Positions 1 to 11,008 of a stretch of 33,806 bases of DNA are shown piece by piece. The stretch lies in assembly GCA_002269645.1 (NCBI GenBank), contig NIVC01004835.1:1-33806 (forward strand). Reading direction: 5' to 3'. A program made the translations under genes and the position numbers. Below the pieces are notes generated by a model, which searched no databases, was not told the origin of the DNA, and saw only the letters and a list, made by a program, of their open reading frames with translations. This DNA comes from Macrostomum lignano. Lineage: Eukaryota. Each line of letters starts with the position of its first letter. Positions within the stretch are counted from its first letter, which is position 1.

Positions 1-3000
1 TTTCTATAAAACAAATCAAATACCAGTTTTATTAGTATTTTTTAAATGGAAAAGATTGATTTTTGTGTTTTTGTGCTACTTTTTTAAAAAAGCTCTGGCT
101 TACATGGCGCAATCAAACTTTTTTCAATGTGCTATGATACTGACTATGGGAAATGATCATTGCATAATAACTTTTTGCCATTATTAACTTTTGCTGAAAA
201 TTCCTTCACCAAAGTAGATTGAAACCAAAAAAATTATCATATTCCTGACTATGACACCATATTCTATAGTCCAGATTATGCTAGGTGCATGTCCTAACAA
301 AAATGGAATAATTACAAATGCATACCAAAAAAATTGAGTGCACGCCTATTACCAAAAAATGCTGGTGTTGTGACAATAAATAACCTTTTTTATATTGTGA
401 CAATAAATGACCTTTTTTCAATTGCCTAATAGACCCTAATTAGCAGATAATTTTATTGATTTTTATGCTTTTTTGGTGATACTATTTGTTGCAGGGCTTA
501 CTTCTGTCCTCTAACTATGCCACTAAATGCCACCAAATTGTCACAGGGCTATTTTTTCTTACTCTATATATTTCAATCCCACCATTAAGCTACCAAAGTT
601 GTGACAGGCTTTTTAATTTCTCTCTATTAATTTTTACTGCTGAAAATAAAGTTGTGCTTGGTTTGTATTAGTGTTCCTAACTGTTTCTTAGAATCTCATA
701 TATTTTTGGATAGCATTCTTAGTAGTGTTCTGGTAGCATTCTTAGTATATGGCCTGATTGGTCTTACTAGTATATGTACTTTCTCTCTCCAGTCTAGGCG
801 TTACCGAGATTAGAAGGTCACAACAATTACTCTTGGTACTCTCTTTGCATGAATCCTGATTCCCAACTCTCCTCCTTAGAATAAAATAAGCAACAATCTG
901 AGAATAAATATTGAACAAGCTGTAAATGATTTAATCACATTTCAGTAAGTTGTTTCTCTTCCCTAAACTTTGCTTTTACTTATACTAACTGAAACAAGTG
1001 TATTTTAACAAAAGACTAGGCCTAGGCAGGTAGGCCTATTATTTGAGAATAATTCAAAAAGTAAAATGACATACATTTTTGTGCACATAATGCATATGTG
1101 GCAGGCGGGATGCCACAAGTAATTGATTGAACCTTAATTTTTAATAATATGAAGCACATTCAAAAAACTATAATATACCGTCCCATCCGCTGTCTTTTCA
1201 CCCCAATTTTTGTCCATCGTTTGCCCAGCTCCCCTTCCCTTCCGTGGCCTGGTCGCATCCCTTCACTGTTTTTTTGTCATTCCCTATGTTGAATTTTGTT
1301 TATCCGCGCGGTGTCCCAACATATATGAGCCTATTCCATCCCGTGAATTTTGTTGCCCAACGTCTGTTTCCAGTGTTTGTCAGCGTCCCCTTTTGATTAT
1401 TTATGCTGCTTTTTGTGCCCTGTTTTCCTCTACTGTTTTCCTCCGCCCTTCCTCTACCACTACGACCACTTCCTTTTATTTTCGCCTCCTTCAATTTAAT
1501 AGTTTCGTTTATTAAGTTTGACCTAGTGCACCAGCGCCGCAGCAAGCGAATCCATCTCTCATGCATTAATAATAATATTATCTTTATCCTGTGCTCGCCT
1601 GCTATTTTTCTTAAACCGAGCTCAATAGTAACCGGCATTATTAAATTAGCCATTAATTTCATTCATTAGCATTCAGCCATAGTATTTCTTGAGTCATTTG
1701 CCTGTGGGGCGTAAAATAACCAAGTTCTCATCTTAAAGATAGCTTTGAGACTTATCCGTTCCATAATACATAAATTAGTGGTGGCAGCAACTACCCTACT
1801 GAAAGTAACAAACTCAGCTATTTGATGCATTATTTAACGGAGTCAGGAATCTCCGACTATGGTGTTTCATCGATTTGAACAACCTTGCCGCTACACGACT
1901 ACTCCGCTACAATTACAACTACCCTCCCCCCAGAACTTGAGGACCCCGGCTGTCGGAGTAAAACAGGAGAAGAATTTTGTTGTGATTTGTCTGTGCAATT
2001 TTCTGGCTTGATTTGTGCGAACACAACGCTAACCAGTTTCAAAGAAAACCCAAACAACCCTATTTCAAATTTATTTTCTTTCTCCGCCCTCACCTCACAT
2101 AAGTTTGAATTTAAGCTTTCTAAGAAACCATAGGCCCTATGACATAATTTATAGCAAAAAATTAATATACACAAATATCTGTTTAAATTCTTTTTATGAG
2201 CTAAAAAACTGGAAAGCTTTTGCTAAAAAATATCTTTTTTTCATTTTTTCCTATTTCATAGGGCCTAATAACTCTTACACATGATTCTTTTAAGTGCATG
2301 CCAGGTGTGCACGCACACTATTTTGTCAGGACTCGAGTGATGCACACCAACTGTGCATTCCTAATTTTGGCATGCAAGGCCAATGCTGAATGCACGCCTG
2401 AATTTTTGGGCATTACTACATGATCCAGACCTTACTATGACACCACACTATCACACTGACACCAGACACCTTTACTATGGCGTAGATCCTACTAATAAGA
2501 ATAGGCTAATTTGAAACAGAATCAAAATCTTAATTTTACAAAAAACATGCAGTGTTATATAGACCTAACTTATAAGAAAAACATAACTTAAGATATATGC
2601 TTGAGTGAATTGAAAAGGATTCAACTCTATTTTTAATGAAAATTAGGACAGACAAGTTACCATGCTGAGCCTTTTTCCACTGGGACTACAGGCTACAGCT
2701 AGGCCAGGTACCTGGGTATTGAATTAAACTGACTGCCAAACCAGGGTAGCTGAGCATAGTGCTAGCAAAATTCGAGTGGGAATCTTTCTAAGAACATGAT
2801 AACATCGTGCTTTATTAGAAGAAGCAGCGTATATAAACAAAACAGCACTTTTGTTCTGTGAAAAAAAATTGAAAAAAGCCACCCAAATATATCGCAAAAA
2901 AGAAATTTAATCACACAACGTGACCTTTTATATTTCTCACGCTATTCTTAAATCCGTGGCCACGGCTTTGTTGAATGTCCTTGATATATGTACATATATG

Positions 3001-3973
3001 TCTTATCTTGATACTCTGATAAGAGGACCCTCTTACCGACAAGAACAAGTGGCTTCTATTTTGACTAGTTTTGCGTAATTTTTGTGTTTTTTGTAGTTTT
3101 TGGTGACACGTAAAAAACAAAAATTCTTCTATATCATCATCGTTGCGCGGCCTTTTACACATATTGGCAACAGCTCTGGCATCTGAACCCTCGTCAGACC
3201 TCTCATAATAAAATATTTTCTTCTATAGATTTAATACACAATCTTCAAGGTTGTTTAGATCGACTTTTAAATTCAACTGTCACACTACTCGTAAACTATT
3301 ACATACATGTCCACTAAAGTATGTGTCAAACCGCGAATTCGTGCCAAATCTTCGCAACAATCCCTTGTTTTTACATGTACATGTAGTCTAGTCTAGAATT
3401 AAGCAAACATGGCTTCAAAATACAATTAATTGGACTGAAAAAGAATTGCAATAGCTTTTGCCTCTAAATCTTCAATGTGCGTATACATGAGAACCATATA
3501 CAGCTGTATTAATGCATACGTGATGGTGTGTAGATCATAAATTTTTTGTGCATGTACATTTAATAAAATATATTACACGAATATATTAAAATTGACTTAA
3601 AACGATAGCCAGATGTGCAAAAAGGCAACAAAGCATATTGCTTACTGGAAACTTCTAAGAAAACTTGCAGGCAATGAAGAAGGGTTAATAAGTAGCTCGT
3701 AGTAGACATTACAGACAGAAGATCGAATTATAGGAAAGAAGGTCACAAGAAAAAATTCCATTCCCAATTGAATCTGAATTGCGACAAAGTACATACATGC
3801 AGGCAGTTACTATATTTTTTGCGCTCAGTGTGAGAAACCACTGCACAATAAATAGCGAGAAAATATTTTTTCATATTCTGTGAGCATGCATGTATTGAGT
3901 TTGCCTCACTAGACTGTGCATGTAAAGGCCGAACAAAGAAGATTTTTTCAGTTTTCACTCTTTACCGAATCAT

Positions 3974-3979
3974 TTTATT
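3974..3979 (-). terminator. Candidate polyadenylation signal AATAAA of the DEG/ENaC gene
   Basis: TTTATT on the plus strand, about 57 nt downstream of the stop codon. Confidence 0.5.
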
Positions 3980-4035
3980 GTGTTGTTTTGTCACCTACAA
4001 GCGGTTCGGCCGCTTTTGACAGTAATGTAAAAGTT

Positions 4036-4281
4036 CTACTTCTCAACAGGTGGCATGTCGTACCACCCGGCAGAAGCCTGCAGTGAATGCGGATCGGTTG
4101 AACTGTCGCCAACCTTGGCTCCTTTGATCACTGGACTACGCCCGCTGCCGCCTCCGCTGTAATCCGAATTTGACGGCTTCTTGCGCTGCAACGCCCGGTG
4201 AGTGCACAGGAACAGAAGGTCCACCAGCATCTCGACTATTTCGCAGAGCGTCAGCACGCTGAGACCGAGCCACAAGCCAAC
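4036..4281 (-). CDS. DEG/ENaC last exon (TM2 VGLWLGLSVLTLCE and C-tail to stop)
   Basis: Acceptor cttgctcag|GTT, 246 nt to the stop. Selectivity filter G-L-S. Confidence 0.95.
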   Translation of the reverse strand, partial: VGLWLGLSVLTLCEIVEMLVDLLFLCTHRALQRKKPSNSDYSGGGSGRSPVIKGAKVGDSSTDPHSLQASAGWYDMPPVEK

Positions 4282-7200
4282 CTGAGCAAGTGGGATTAGT
4301 ACAGAACTGTGTCCATTTTTAAACGGGAGCGAATTGACTGCATCAGTTTGACTGCCAGCAGTTTGACTGCCAGCAGTTTGACTGCCAGCAGTTTGACTGC
4401 CAGCAGTTTGACTGTCAGCAGTTTGACTGCCAGCAGTTTGACTGCCAGCAGTTTGACTGTCAGCAGTTTGACTGCCAGCAGTAAGTATTTGTTTAGGAGG
4501 TTAATTCCCTTAAATCACGGCTATACGGCCTGTGAGTCGATCATCGGAGTGATCGGTGTGAATTCACAGTCATGCCCTACTCCTATGAAGAGATTTAGTA
4601 CAGAAATTCTCACCTGGCCACCCATGTCGGACAGTACGTCAATGATCTGATAAGCCGGCGTGGAGACGCTCCAATACATGACCGGATCGTCGTAGAAAAC
4701 AATTATTTTAACAAAGTTGTTGCTGAAATATTTTATGGAAAAAATCGTACAGCAATGTAAAATTAATTGAATCAACAGTTTAAATTTTTCTTCAAAAAGC
4801 GCATTACGTCATAAAGGAGGCTCGTTCTTGCGGCCTTAAAGCTTGAACAGCCCTTTTAATATTCGAGTTGTAGGACATAATTTGTCGTTGCGAGTCCGAC
4901 TGAAATTTTGAAAGGAGGAGGGAAATTTGAATTGCGAAAAGCAGAAATCAGGATTAATCAGCTCTGTGGTTTGCAAATAACGCTTCAGACAGATCAAAGC
5001 TTGTTCGCCAGATTTTGGCGGCAGGTGCTGCCATGTCATGCAGTAGCTCTACTCCCTCAAACATACGTGTGTGCATTCAGCCAATATTTGATCACATTTT
5101 TAACCACTGCCTATCCGCTTTATAGTCAGGTAGCGAGAGGTATCAGTAAGTAGTAATTAATCTGTAGAAGTTAGAAAGTAAAATCGATCTGATCTGCATT
5201 CCTATGCCGTTCGTATCATGGCAAAGAATGAGGGGTTTAAGAACACAAAGGGTAGCGCATGCAAGCTACCAGCAGGAGTTTTTGAGCATGACAGATATAA
5301 AATAAGTACCGAAGGTAAAGCTTAATTCTATGTGCAACCCAAAGTATGTAGCTGTAGGCAACCGAAACGTCAATAGCTAGTCGAATGATTTTGCTACTCA
5401 TACAAACGCATTTATGAAGTTCAACGCTGCGATGATTTTTCGAATTGAAAAGCTCAAAATAATCAATATGCCTACCTCGTAGCTGTCGCTGGGCCACATG
5501 GATACGGATAGCGACGTCTGATAAAAGTACTCACTGAAACAAAATACATTGAAACAAATTGGCTATAAATGCACAGCCAAATTTGAGGTTAGAATCAAAG
5601 TATTTGTTTTATAGAAAAACACGTATGCTTTACTCGCAATCCTTTTTGCAGTTGGCGAGGCAGTACTTAAATGCGGCTTGCTCCACTTTGGTCATGCATT
5701 TGGCTAAAAATGGCAAACATTCCATTATAAGTACAGAAATAGACTTTTAAATTTGCAGTGTGTTAGTTTAAATGTTATTCAGGATGAAATCGAGTTTAAA
5801 ATACTCGCTATACCCGTAAGACAATTTAACGTCGGAGACCTCGGCAAATACATGCTTCCGACGTTCTCCAATATCGATGTCTAATTACTGTAAGTACTTT
5901 TAGTTTACACCTTCAGCCGAATGATTGCGTAGTAAGTAAAATACTTCACTGTCGACGTTGGGAATGGTGGTATTGGCTAGCTGTGGCGTACATGTATTCT
6001 GACTCACCATTATCGCTGATGGTTGACAGGGTTGAATTGTATTCATACAGGCAAATGCTGTACGAAGAGTTATAGAGTGGGTCTATAGCCGGATTGGAGA
6101 TGGGCAGATTTGGCGAGCTGCAGTTGCACCTTTTCTCAACTTGACGCTGAATGCAGGTCTTCATACAGGCCTTTGAACGGGTTAGACAAGACTTTTAATT
6201 TTCTTTCAAGCGTATATAGCGACTTCTGTTGGGTGAAACATTACAAGCACATCGAAAGGTATTAAATTTATAACTAACCGATTGCGAGTAGTTCACATTA
6301 GGTAGGGAGTAGTTCGACTGCACAGCGTACATGTTGTTTAACTGGTTGGCCTCTTCGTAGTTATTCTGGCAGTCATCAGAGTAGGGCGCCGCCAGACGCT
6401 GAGTAAAAAACTGCAATAATATAGACAAGTTAAACAGATCTACGAAGTCCACAACGAGAACAACTAACGCCAGCCCGTTCGGCGTTCACTCGTATAAACG
6501 TACGATACCGTAAATCACCAGACTATTGGAATGTCGTCCACAGAACGTTGGGAGTGCATTCCTGCTGTTTTGTACCTAAGTTTCAACCAAAGTTTTAAAT
6601 AGTCTAGGCTATTAAAACCACTGCACCTTTCTATTATTTTATATTGAAACCAGGACCAATTTTCGTGCTTTAAGCTATCTATTACTATCCATGTACGCTC
6701 GCAACAGTGGCGGGATTGAGGGGGGGGGCAAGGGGGGCGGACGCTCCCCCCTTTGTGGCTGGCGATGATGGCGCCCCTTTTTCCTTTGCCCTAAAAGGGT
6801 CTTCACCACCCTCAGTTTGTTCAGTATGGCGCCCATCTAGGGCGCCCTCTAGTGTATTATGGCGCCCCAATCAGGGTTAAAATCCGCCCCCCCCCCAATT
6901 TTAAAATTCTAAATCCGTCTAAATGCAGCAAACTAGCTCGTAACTATACATGCATATTGAGATATTCAATTGAATATCTGGGCTCATTTTCGACGCGCTA
7001 AGCGGGTTTAAGAGGTTGTAAATCACCTGTTTAAGACCGATGTAAGTCTCTTGTCCAGGCGATACGCTGATGCCGCTGTCCTCAGGGAATGGCTGCTTGT
7101 TGGTCTCGTGGACAACGACGCTGACGCCAGCAGAGTTAGCCACGGCTCCGACATACTCAGTCTGGTCGATGAACAGCGTCACAGTGAGGCCGTGCAGCGG

Positions 7201-10200
7201 GCCAGTCTGCTGCACCATGAAAGGTTCCGTTCCGTTGGAGGCCGCGTTGAATGTGTAGCAATTGCCGTACAACGGGTGCATGAAACGGGTGAAATCCCTG
7301 TTTGGATTCGGGAGGTGGTTGTGAATGATAAAGCGATGAAGCTTTTCTTGGTACTGTTACAAGTAACAACTGAATGGAATTGTTAGAACTAATGAACTAA
7401 TTAACAGCTCATCCTATCTCGAACGAAAGTCGGGTGACATGAATAACAACCAGTTTTCTGACGTTATACTGTGTTTTATAAGTGTCAACTTCATAGGCTA
7501 GGAGGCATCTCTTTAGACTTTGTAATCCTCAGATGTCGAGATGGTGAATCTGTCCTGGAAATTTTCCGGCTATTGTTTAAGCAAAGAAGGAACTGCCCAT
7601 ATCAACCAGAGTGATTATTGATTTTCCAGACAAGTGTAACAAGATCAATCTGGTTGTCTGAGTTTGCACAGCTACATGTATAGCTCCAAATTGAGGTAGC
7701 TAGTGCTTGCACATTGGATCAATATACAGTTGGCTGACTATCAACCTGCACTATTTACCACCCTTTCATCAGAAAGGAACTAAATAAAAGAAATTTCATA
7801 TAAAGTTTCTGAAATTTCAGGCAGATTAATTCGTTGGGAAGTAAATATTCAATTCGTTGCTAAGTCAATATGCAATTTTGAATTTAGCATATTTAATAAC
7901 CCGTATCGAATTTTTTGTTTGATGAAGCCCTTTTATGGAGCGTATGCAGATTACTGTTTGTAAAATCTTGAACGATTGTCTAAAAGACTGAAAGTAATGC
8001 GTTTGACTTAATTCCACGTGTTGTTGAATAATAATGCCAGACCGACGTCCATACGCATCCGTTAAGTAAACCCCAACTAAAGATTGAACACTCCTCCATC
8101 CATTTGTAGCCGGCAGCAGTCAAGCACTTACCGCTGGCTGCAGTAGCGATCCCCGATGCTGCACTCGATGAGGAAGTCTCCAATCTGGTAGCCGACACTG
8201 CTCTTCCAATCGCCGGTGAGTGAGTTGTAATAATCCACAAAGGTATACGTGATGCCAACTCTGTCCGGTATGACGTTGGGCCCCAGAGCGGTCAGATTTC
8301 TGCTGGTCTCGTTGCTCACCACATTGCCAGTCATCCAGGAGTACTTTATTGACAAACAAGAAGCGGTAATTATTGTGAGCGGTTCTGCTTTCTCAGCAAG
8401 TAATTGCATACTCTGGCGTGATGCCTACCTTTGTCGCATCGGGTTGCGGAGGTTTACTTTCCCCGGTGCCACCTCCAGGAGGCTTAGTGTCACGTTTTCG
8501 TCTGGTACCTTTGGTGAAGGTAAACGGAGCAAACTAGCAAGCTATTTCAAAGATTTTTTGCCGTTTTCTAGCCTGTCTGAAGTCTGTGCTGCTTCCTTTG
8601 GTCTATATGTCTTTACTAGACGGTTTCCTTTAGTTTAAATGAATTTTTGTCCATACATGTCTCACAAGTCTCAAAGTATGCTGATGTGTGGATCAAGATT
8701 TAGTCGCAGCCTAGGAGAATTGTCAGACAGAGGCATGCCAGAAATTCTGGATCACCTTTGTACACAAAAAGGAAAAAGTGAAATGGAAGGTATAATAACA
8801 AGGCTAGATAGAAGCAAAATAAAAATAGTTAAAAGGCTTCCAATCTCTTCATAAAACAACAGCCAACGCTTATACGAGCTTAAACCAGCTGTAATTTAAA
8901 ATCAGGTTTCTATTGCTTACGAATAGTCGGTCCAATTCCTGGTCTTGTAGGAGCAGCGGTACCTGCTGAATGGGAAAGGAAAACCTGTGAAAATCTACGT
9001 CAAACTATTTAAACAAAACACTAAAAAGGATTAAGCATCTAAGCCTATGTATACATCAATCTATACGTAACTCGTATGACCGTCTACGTGGAAGCCATCT
9101 TATATATATATTTATAGTTTGACGCGTCCGCGCAAAGACCAGCTAGATCTCTTTTTGTCTGTGCTACTCTCTGCGTCTCTATACTCTCTGCGTCTCTATA
9201 CTCTCTGCGTCTCTACTCTCTGCGTCTCTATACTCTCTGCGTCTCTACTCTCTGCGTCTCTATACTCTCTGCGTCTCTATACTCTCTGCGTCTCTACTCT
9301 CTGCGTCTCTATACTCTCTGCGTCTCTATACTCTCTGCGTCTCTACTCTCTGCGTCTCTATACTCTCTGCGTCTCTATACTCTCTGCGTCTCTACTCTCT
9401 GCGTCTCTATACTCTCTGCGTCTCTATACTCTCTGCGTCTCTATACTCTCTGCGTCTCTATACTCTCTGCGTCTCTATACTCTCTGCGTCTCTATACTCT
9501 CTGCGTCTCTATACTCTCTGCGTCTCTATACTCTCTGCGTCTCTATACTCTCTGCGTCTCTATACTCTCTGCATCTCTATACTCTCTGCGTCTCTATACT
9601 CTCTGCGTCTCTATACTCTCTGCGTCTCTATACTCTCTGCGTCTCTACTCTCTGCGTCTCTATGCGCGGACGCGTTCGCCGAACAACCGAGAGGGGCAAG
9701 TCATGTCGGACTGGCAAGCCATCTTGGAGGAAGACTTGGTCCGAAAAAGCCTTCGTATAAACAGAATCGCCAACACTATTGTAATATTACTTTCGAAGAT
9801 TCTTCAGGATCGTCAAGATTTTCCGCTAGCAAACTACGAGTGACTCACCGATTTCAATTGAGCTGGTGACGCTGGAATCGCTTGTCGAGTCTGAATGTTG
9901 GATTAAGATAGGTTTATTTGCAACACATTCTATTTGGAACGTTAATTTTTTTTCTAAAAGCTGTGATAATAAATTTACTCACTTGATGAAGAGCTCAGGG
10001 AAGCTCTAACGCGGCTCCTCCTGGCCGGGTTCCTGTTGCACAGAGACACGGCGGGAAACGGTCGCGGCAGCTGGACGGTGGTGCCTTTTTGAACACTGAT
10101 TGGGTACTGATAGTACTTCTGCACTATTAGCGTAATTTGCCAGATCATTATAGCTGAAAGTGATGGCAGTAATATTATACTTTGCTTATCAGTCTTATGT

Positions 10201-11008
10201 TTGCACTTATGTTGTTCAGTTCCTATCTTATATGGCATGGGACGAAGAGATGTGCGTGTTAGTCAGCAGGGTTCCTCGACAGACATCACATCGACATCGT
10301 CCACCTCTCGAGTAAAATTTTCTGGCAACAGAACTGCCGCTTATTAAACTAGCGAGATTTCTCCCAGAAAAAATCACTTCAATAACTACGTTTAACTTTG
10401 TTTGCTCTGCGCCCAGGGATCTTGGCAATGGCTACAAAAATAGCAGCTTAAGAACGTATGCATACTTTGCTATTAGTGGAAGAATTTAATTTTGCAAACC
10501 TGCAACAACAGACTTTAAAGCAACCCCACTCTTGCTTGTAGTAATAATAAATTATTAAGCTAGGCTCGCGTCTAGGAAGATGGAGGAGGCAGGACTCAGC
10601 GCGGTAGGTGGACTTTTCTGCACAGCTCACTGCTCTATAGGGCTTTTTCCTTCTCTAGCATCGCTTCAAACCTATTGAACCAAGTGTTTCATGTCTCTCA
10701 GGGTGCTAAGATCACTCACATAGTCCAAACAGAAGCAGCAGGACCCATACAGTACGCCTGAGTGGGCTTTGGCTCCGCCTGATGTTGGGCAACCCGTGCA
10801 TGCCGGTGTTCTCGGCCCAGCCGACCATCAGGGCGCGGAATGAAGACCCCTCGGACTGCTGCTTTTGCTGCTGCTGTCGCTGCAGCTGCATTTTCAAAGC
10901 TGCCGAGCCTGTTGGCGAATCCGGCGGAGGAAGCGTCAAAGGAGGTGGCGGCGGCGGCGGATGCATGGCAGCTTCGATATGCGAGTTTTGTAAAGGAACT
11001 TTGAGCAT
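4036..11008 (-). CDS. DEG/ENaC-family (FaNaC-like) amiloride-sensitive cation channel subunit, multi-exon gene (about 14 exons; structure between 9849 and 8343 partly unresolved)
   Basis: Manually spliced exons give the family hallmarks in order: pre-TM1 HG motif (ENTGMHGLPNI), TM1 (RRTVWVLLLLFGL..IMIWQITLIV), FPAVSLCNRNP, GYQIGDFLIECS..C, HPLYGNCYTFN, GLTVTLFIDQ, Cys-rich thumb (CMKTCIQ..CNC, CKKDC), WPSD, and TM2 with the G-x-S filter (LSDMGGQVGLWLGLSVLTLCE). The splice phases are mutually consistent for all conserved exons. Confidence 0.93.
4344..4481. repeat. 15-bp minisatellite (CAGTTTGACTGCCAG) x ~9 in the last DEG/ENaC intron
   Basis: Tandem units are directly visible, with two units carrying GTC in place of GCC. 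Confidence 0.97.
4614..4722 (-). CDS. DEG/ENaC exon (NNFVKIIVFY..PAYQIIDVLSDMGGQ)
   Basis: Acceptor atttcag|, donor CAG|GTGAGA, 109 nt, phase 2 to 0. Contains the pre-TM2 motif SDMGGQ. Confidence 0.93.
4808..4899 (-). CDS. DEG/ENaC exon (SDSQRQIMSYNSNIKRAVQALRPQERASFM)
   Basis: Pyrimidine-rich acceptor ..aaatttcag|, donor AC|GTAATG, 92 nt, phase 0 to 2. This bridges the flanking exon phases exactly. Confidence 0.75.
5476..5533 (-). CDS. DEG/ENaC small exon (EYFYQTSLSVSMWPSDSYE), absent from the ORF track
   Basis: Acceptor tttgtttcag|, donor GAG|GTAGGC, 58 nt, phase 2 to 0. Contains the conserved Y....S...WPS motif. Confidence 0.9.
5634..5703 (-). CDS. DEG/ENaC small exon (AKCMTKVEQAAFKYCLANCKKDC), absent from the ORF track
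   Basis: Acceptor atttttag|, donor GA|GTAAAG, 70 nt, phase 1 to 2. Supplies the conserved C...C...C thumb cysteines. Confidence 0.9.
6008..6170 (-). CDS. DEG/ENaC Cys-rich exon (ACMKTCIQRQVEKRCNCSSP..C)
   Basis: Acceptor ttcaaag|, donor G|GTGAGT, 163 nt, phase 0 to 1. Confidence 0.92.
6279..6410 (-). CDS. DEG/ENaC exon (FFTQRLAAPYSDDC..NYSQS)
   Basis: Acceptor attgcag|, donor TCG|GTTAGT, 132 nt, phase 0 to 0. Contains the RL..PY..C motif. Confidence 0.9.
6705..6925. mobile_element. GC-rich MITE-like insertion in a DEG/ENaC intron
   Basis: Starts CAGTGGCGGGATT followed by a G-run and ends with a C-run followed by ..AAATCCGTC, a degenerate inverted terminus. Contains several internal GGCGCCC motifs. 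GC content is sharply higher than in the surrounding intron. Confidence 0.4.
7027..7297 (-). CDS. DEG/ENaC exon (DFTRFMHPLYGNCYTFN..GLTVTLFIDQ..SPGQETYIGLKQ)
   Basis: Acceptor aaacag|G, donor CAG|GTGATT, 271 nt, phase 2 to 0. Contains highly conserved family motifs. Confidence 0.95.
8132..8343 (-). CDS. DEG/ENaC extracellular exon (..KSSVGYQIGDFLIECSIGDRYCSQ)
   Basis: Matches the G(H/Y)Q..D..I.C......C motif. Donor CG|GTAAGT at 8131, phase 2. The 5' acceptor at 8343 is the best guess. Confidence 0.8.
8429..8533 (-). CDS. DEG/ENaC putative exon containing RRKR (FAPFTFTKGTRRKRDTKPPGGGTGESKPPQPDATK)
   Basis: Acceptor ttgctag|, donor AAG|GTAGGC, 105 nt, phase 0 to 0. An 85-nt intron joins it in frame to the next exon. 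Confidence 0.5.
8921..8984 (-). CDS. DEG/ENaC putative small exon (acceptor and frame uncertain; ..LLQDQELDRLF if it ends in phase 0)
   Basis: Strong donor |GTAAGC at 8920. There are three possible acceptors (8984 and a CAGCAG tandem site about 20 nt further in), and the frame cannot be fixed without transcript data. Confidence 0.45.
9122..9675. mobile_element. Inverted-repeat-bounded minisatellite element (13-bp perfect IR enclosing a 17/15-bp array)
   Basis: ACGCGTCCGCGCA at 9122-9134, with its exact reverse complement at 9663-9675. No TSD is evident. Confidence 0.55.
9165..9662. repeat. 17-bp minisatellite (TACTCTCTGCGTCTCTA, with 15-bp variants) x ~30
   Basis: Directly visible tandem array. 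It accounts for the spurious 213-aa ORF at 9119-9760. Confidence 0.97.
9849..9890 (-). CDS. DEG/ENaC putative 42-nt microexon (NSTSDSSVTSSIEI)
   Basis: Acceptor caacattcag|, donor G|GTGAGT, phase 1 to 1, open in the expected frame. No conserved motif. Confidence 0.6.
9983..10153 (-). CDS. DEG/ENaC exon 2 (TM1 end, FPAVSLCN)
   Basis: Acceptor tttcag|, 171 nt, phase 1 to 1. Translates to IMIWQITLIVQKYYQYPISV..FPAVSLCNRNPARRSRV. Donor GTGAGT at 9982. Confidence 0.92.
10720..11008 (-). CDS. DEG/ENaC exon 1 (N-terminus with poly-Pro and poly-Gln, HG motif, start of TM1)
   Basis: ATG at 11008 (alternative ATG at 10966). Translates to ..HPPPPPPP..QRQQQQKQQ..WAENTGMHGLPNIRRSQSPLRRTVWVLLLLFGL. Donor T|GTGAGT at 10719, phase 1. 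Confidence 0.9.

Noticed and set aside
368-419. 28-bp tandem duplication (also a 16-bp one at ~33474-33506)
   Set aside because: These are ordinary two-copy slippage duplications.
1840-1960. Minus-strand SGKVVQIDET, reminiscent of a Merlin/ISXO2 transposase motif
   Set aside because: It is a single short motif among stops, with no further catalytic residues or TIRs found.
2911-3220. Minus-strand open stretch (..ARAVANMCKRPRNDDDIEEF..) with a GTAAGA donor
   Set aside because: There is no recognisable domain and no partner exons, so it cannot be supported as coding.
9119-9760. 213-aa SASLYSLRLYTLCV-repeat ORF, and similar ORFs at 4309-4650 and 22725-23060
   Set aside because: These are translations of minisatellite arrays.
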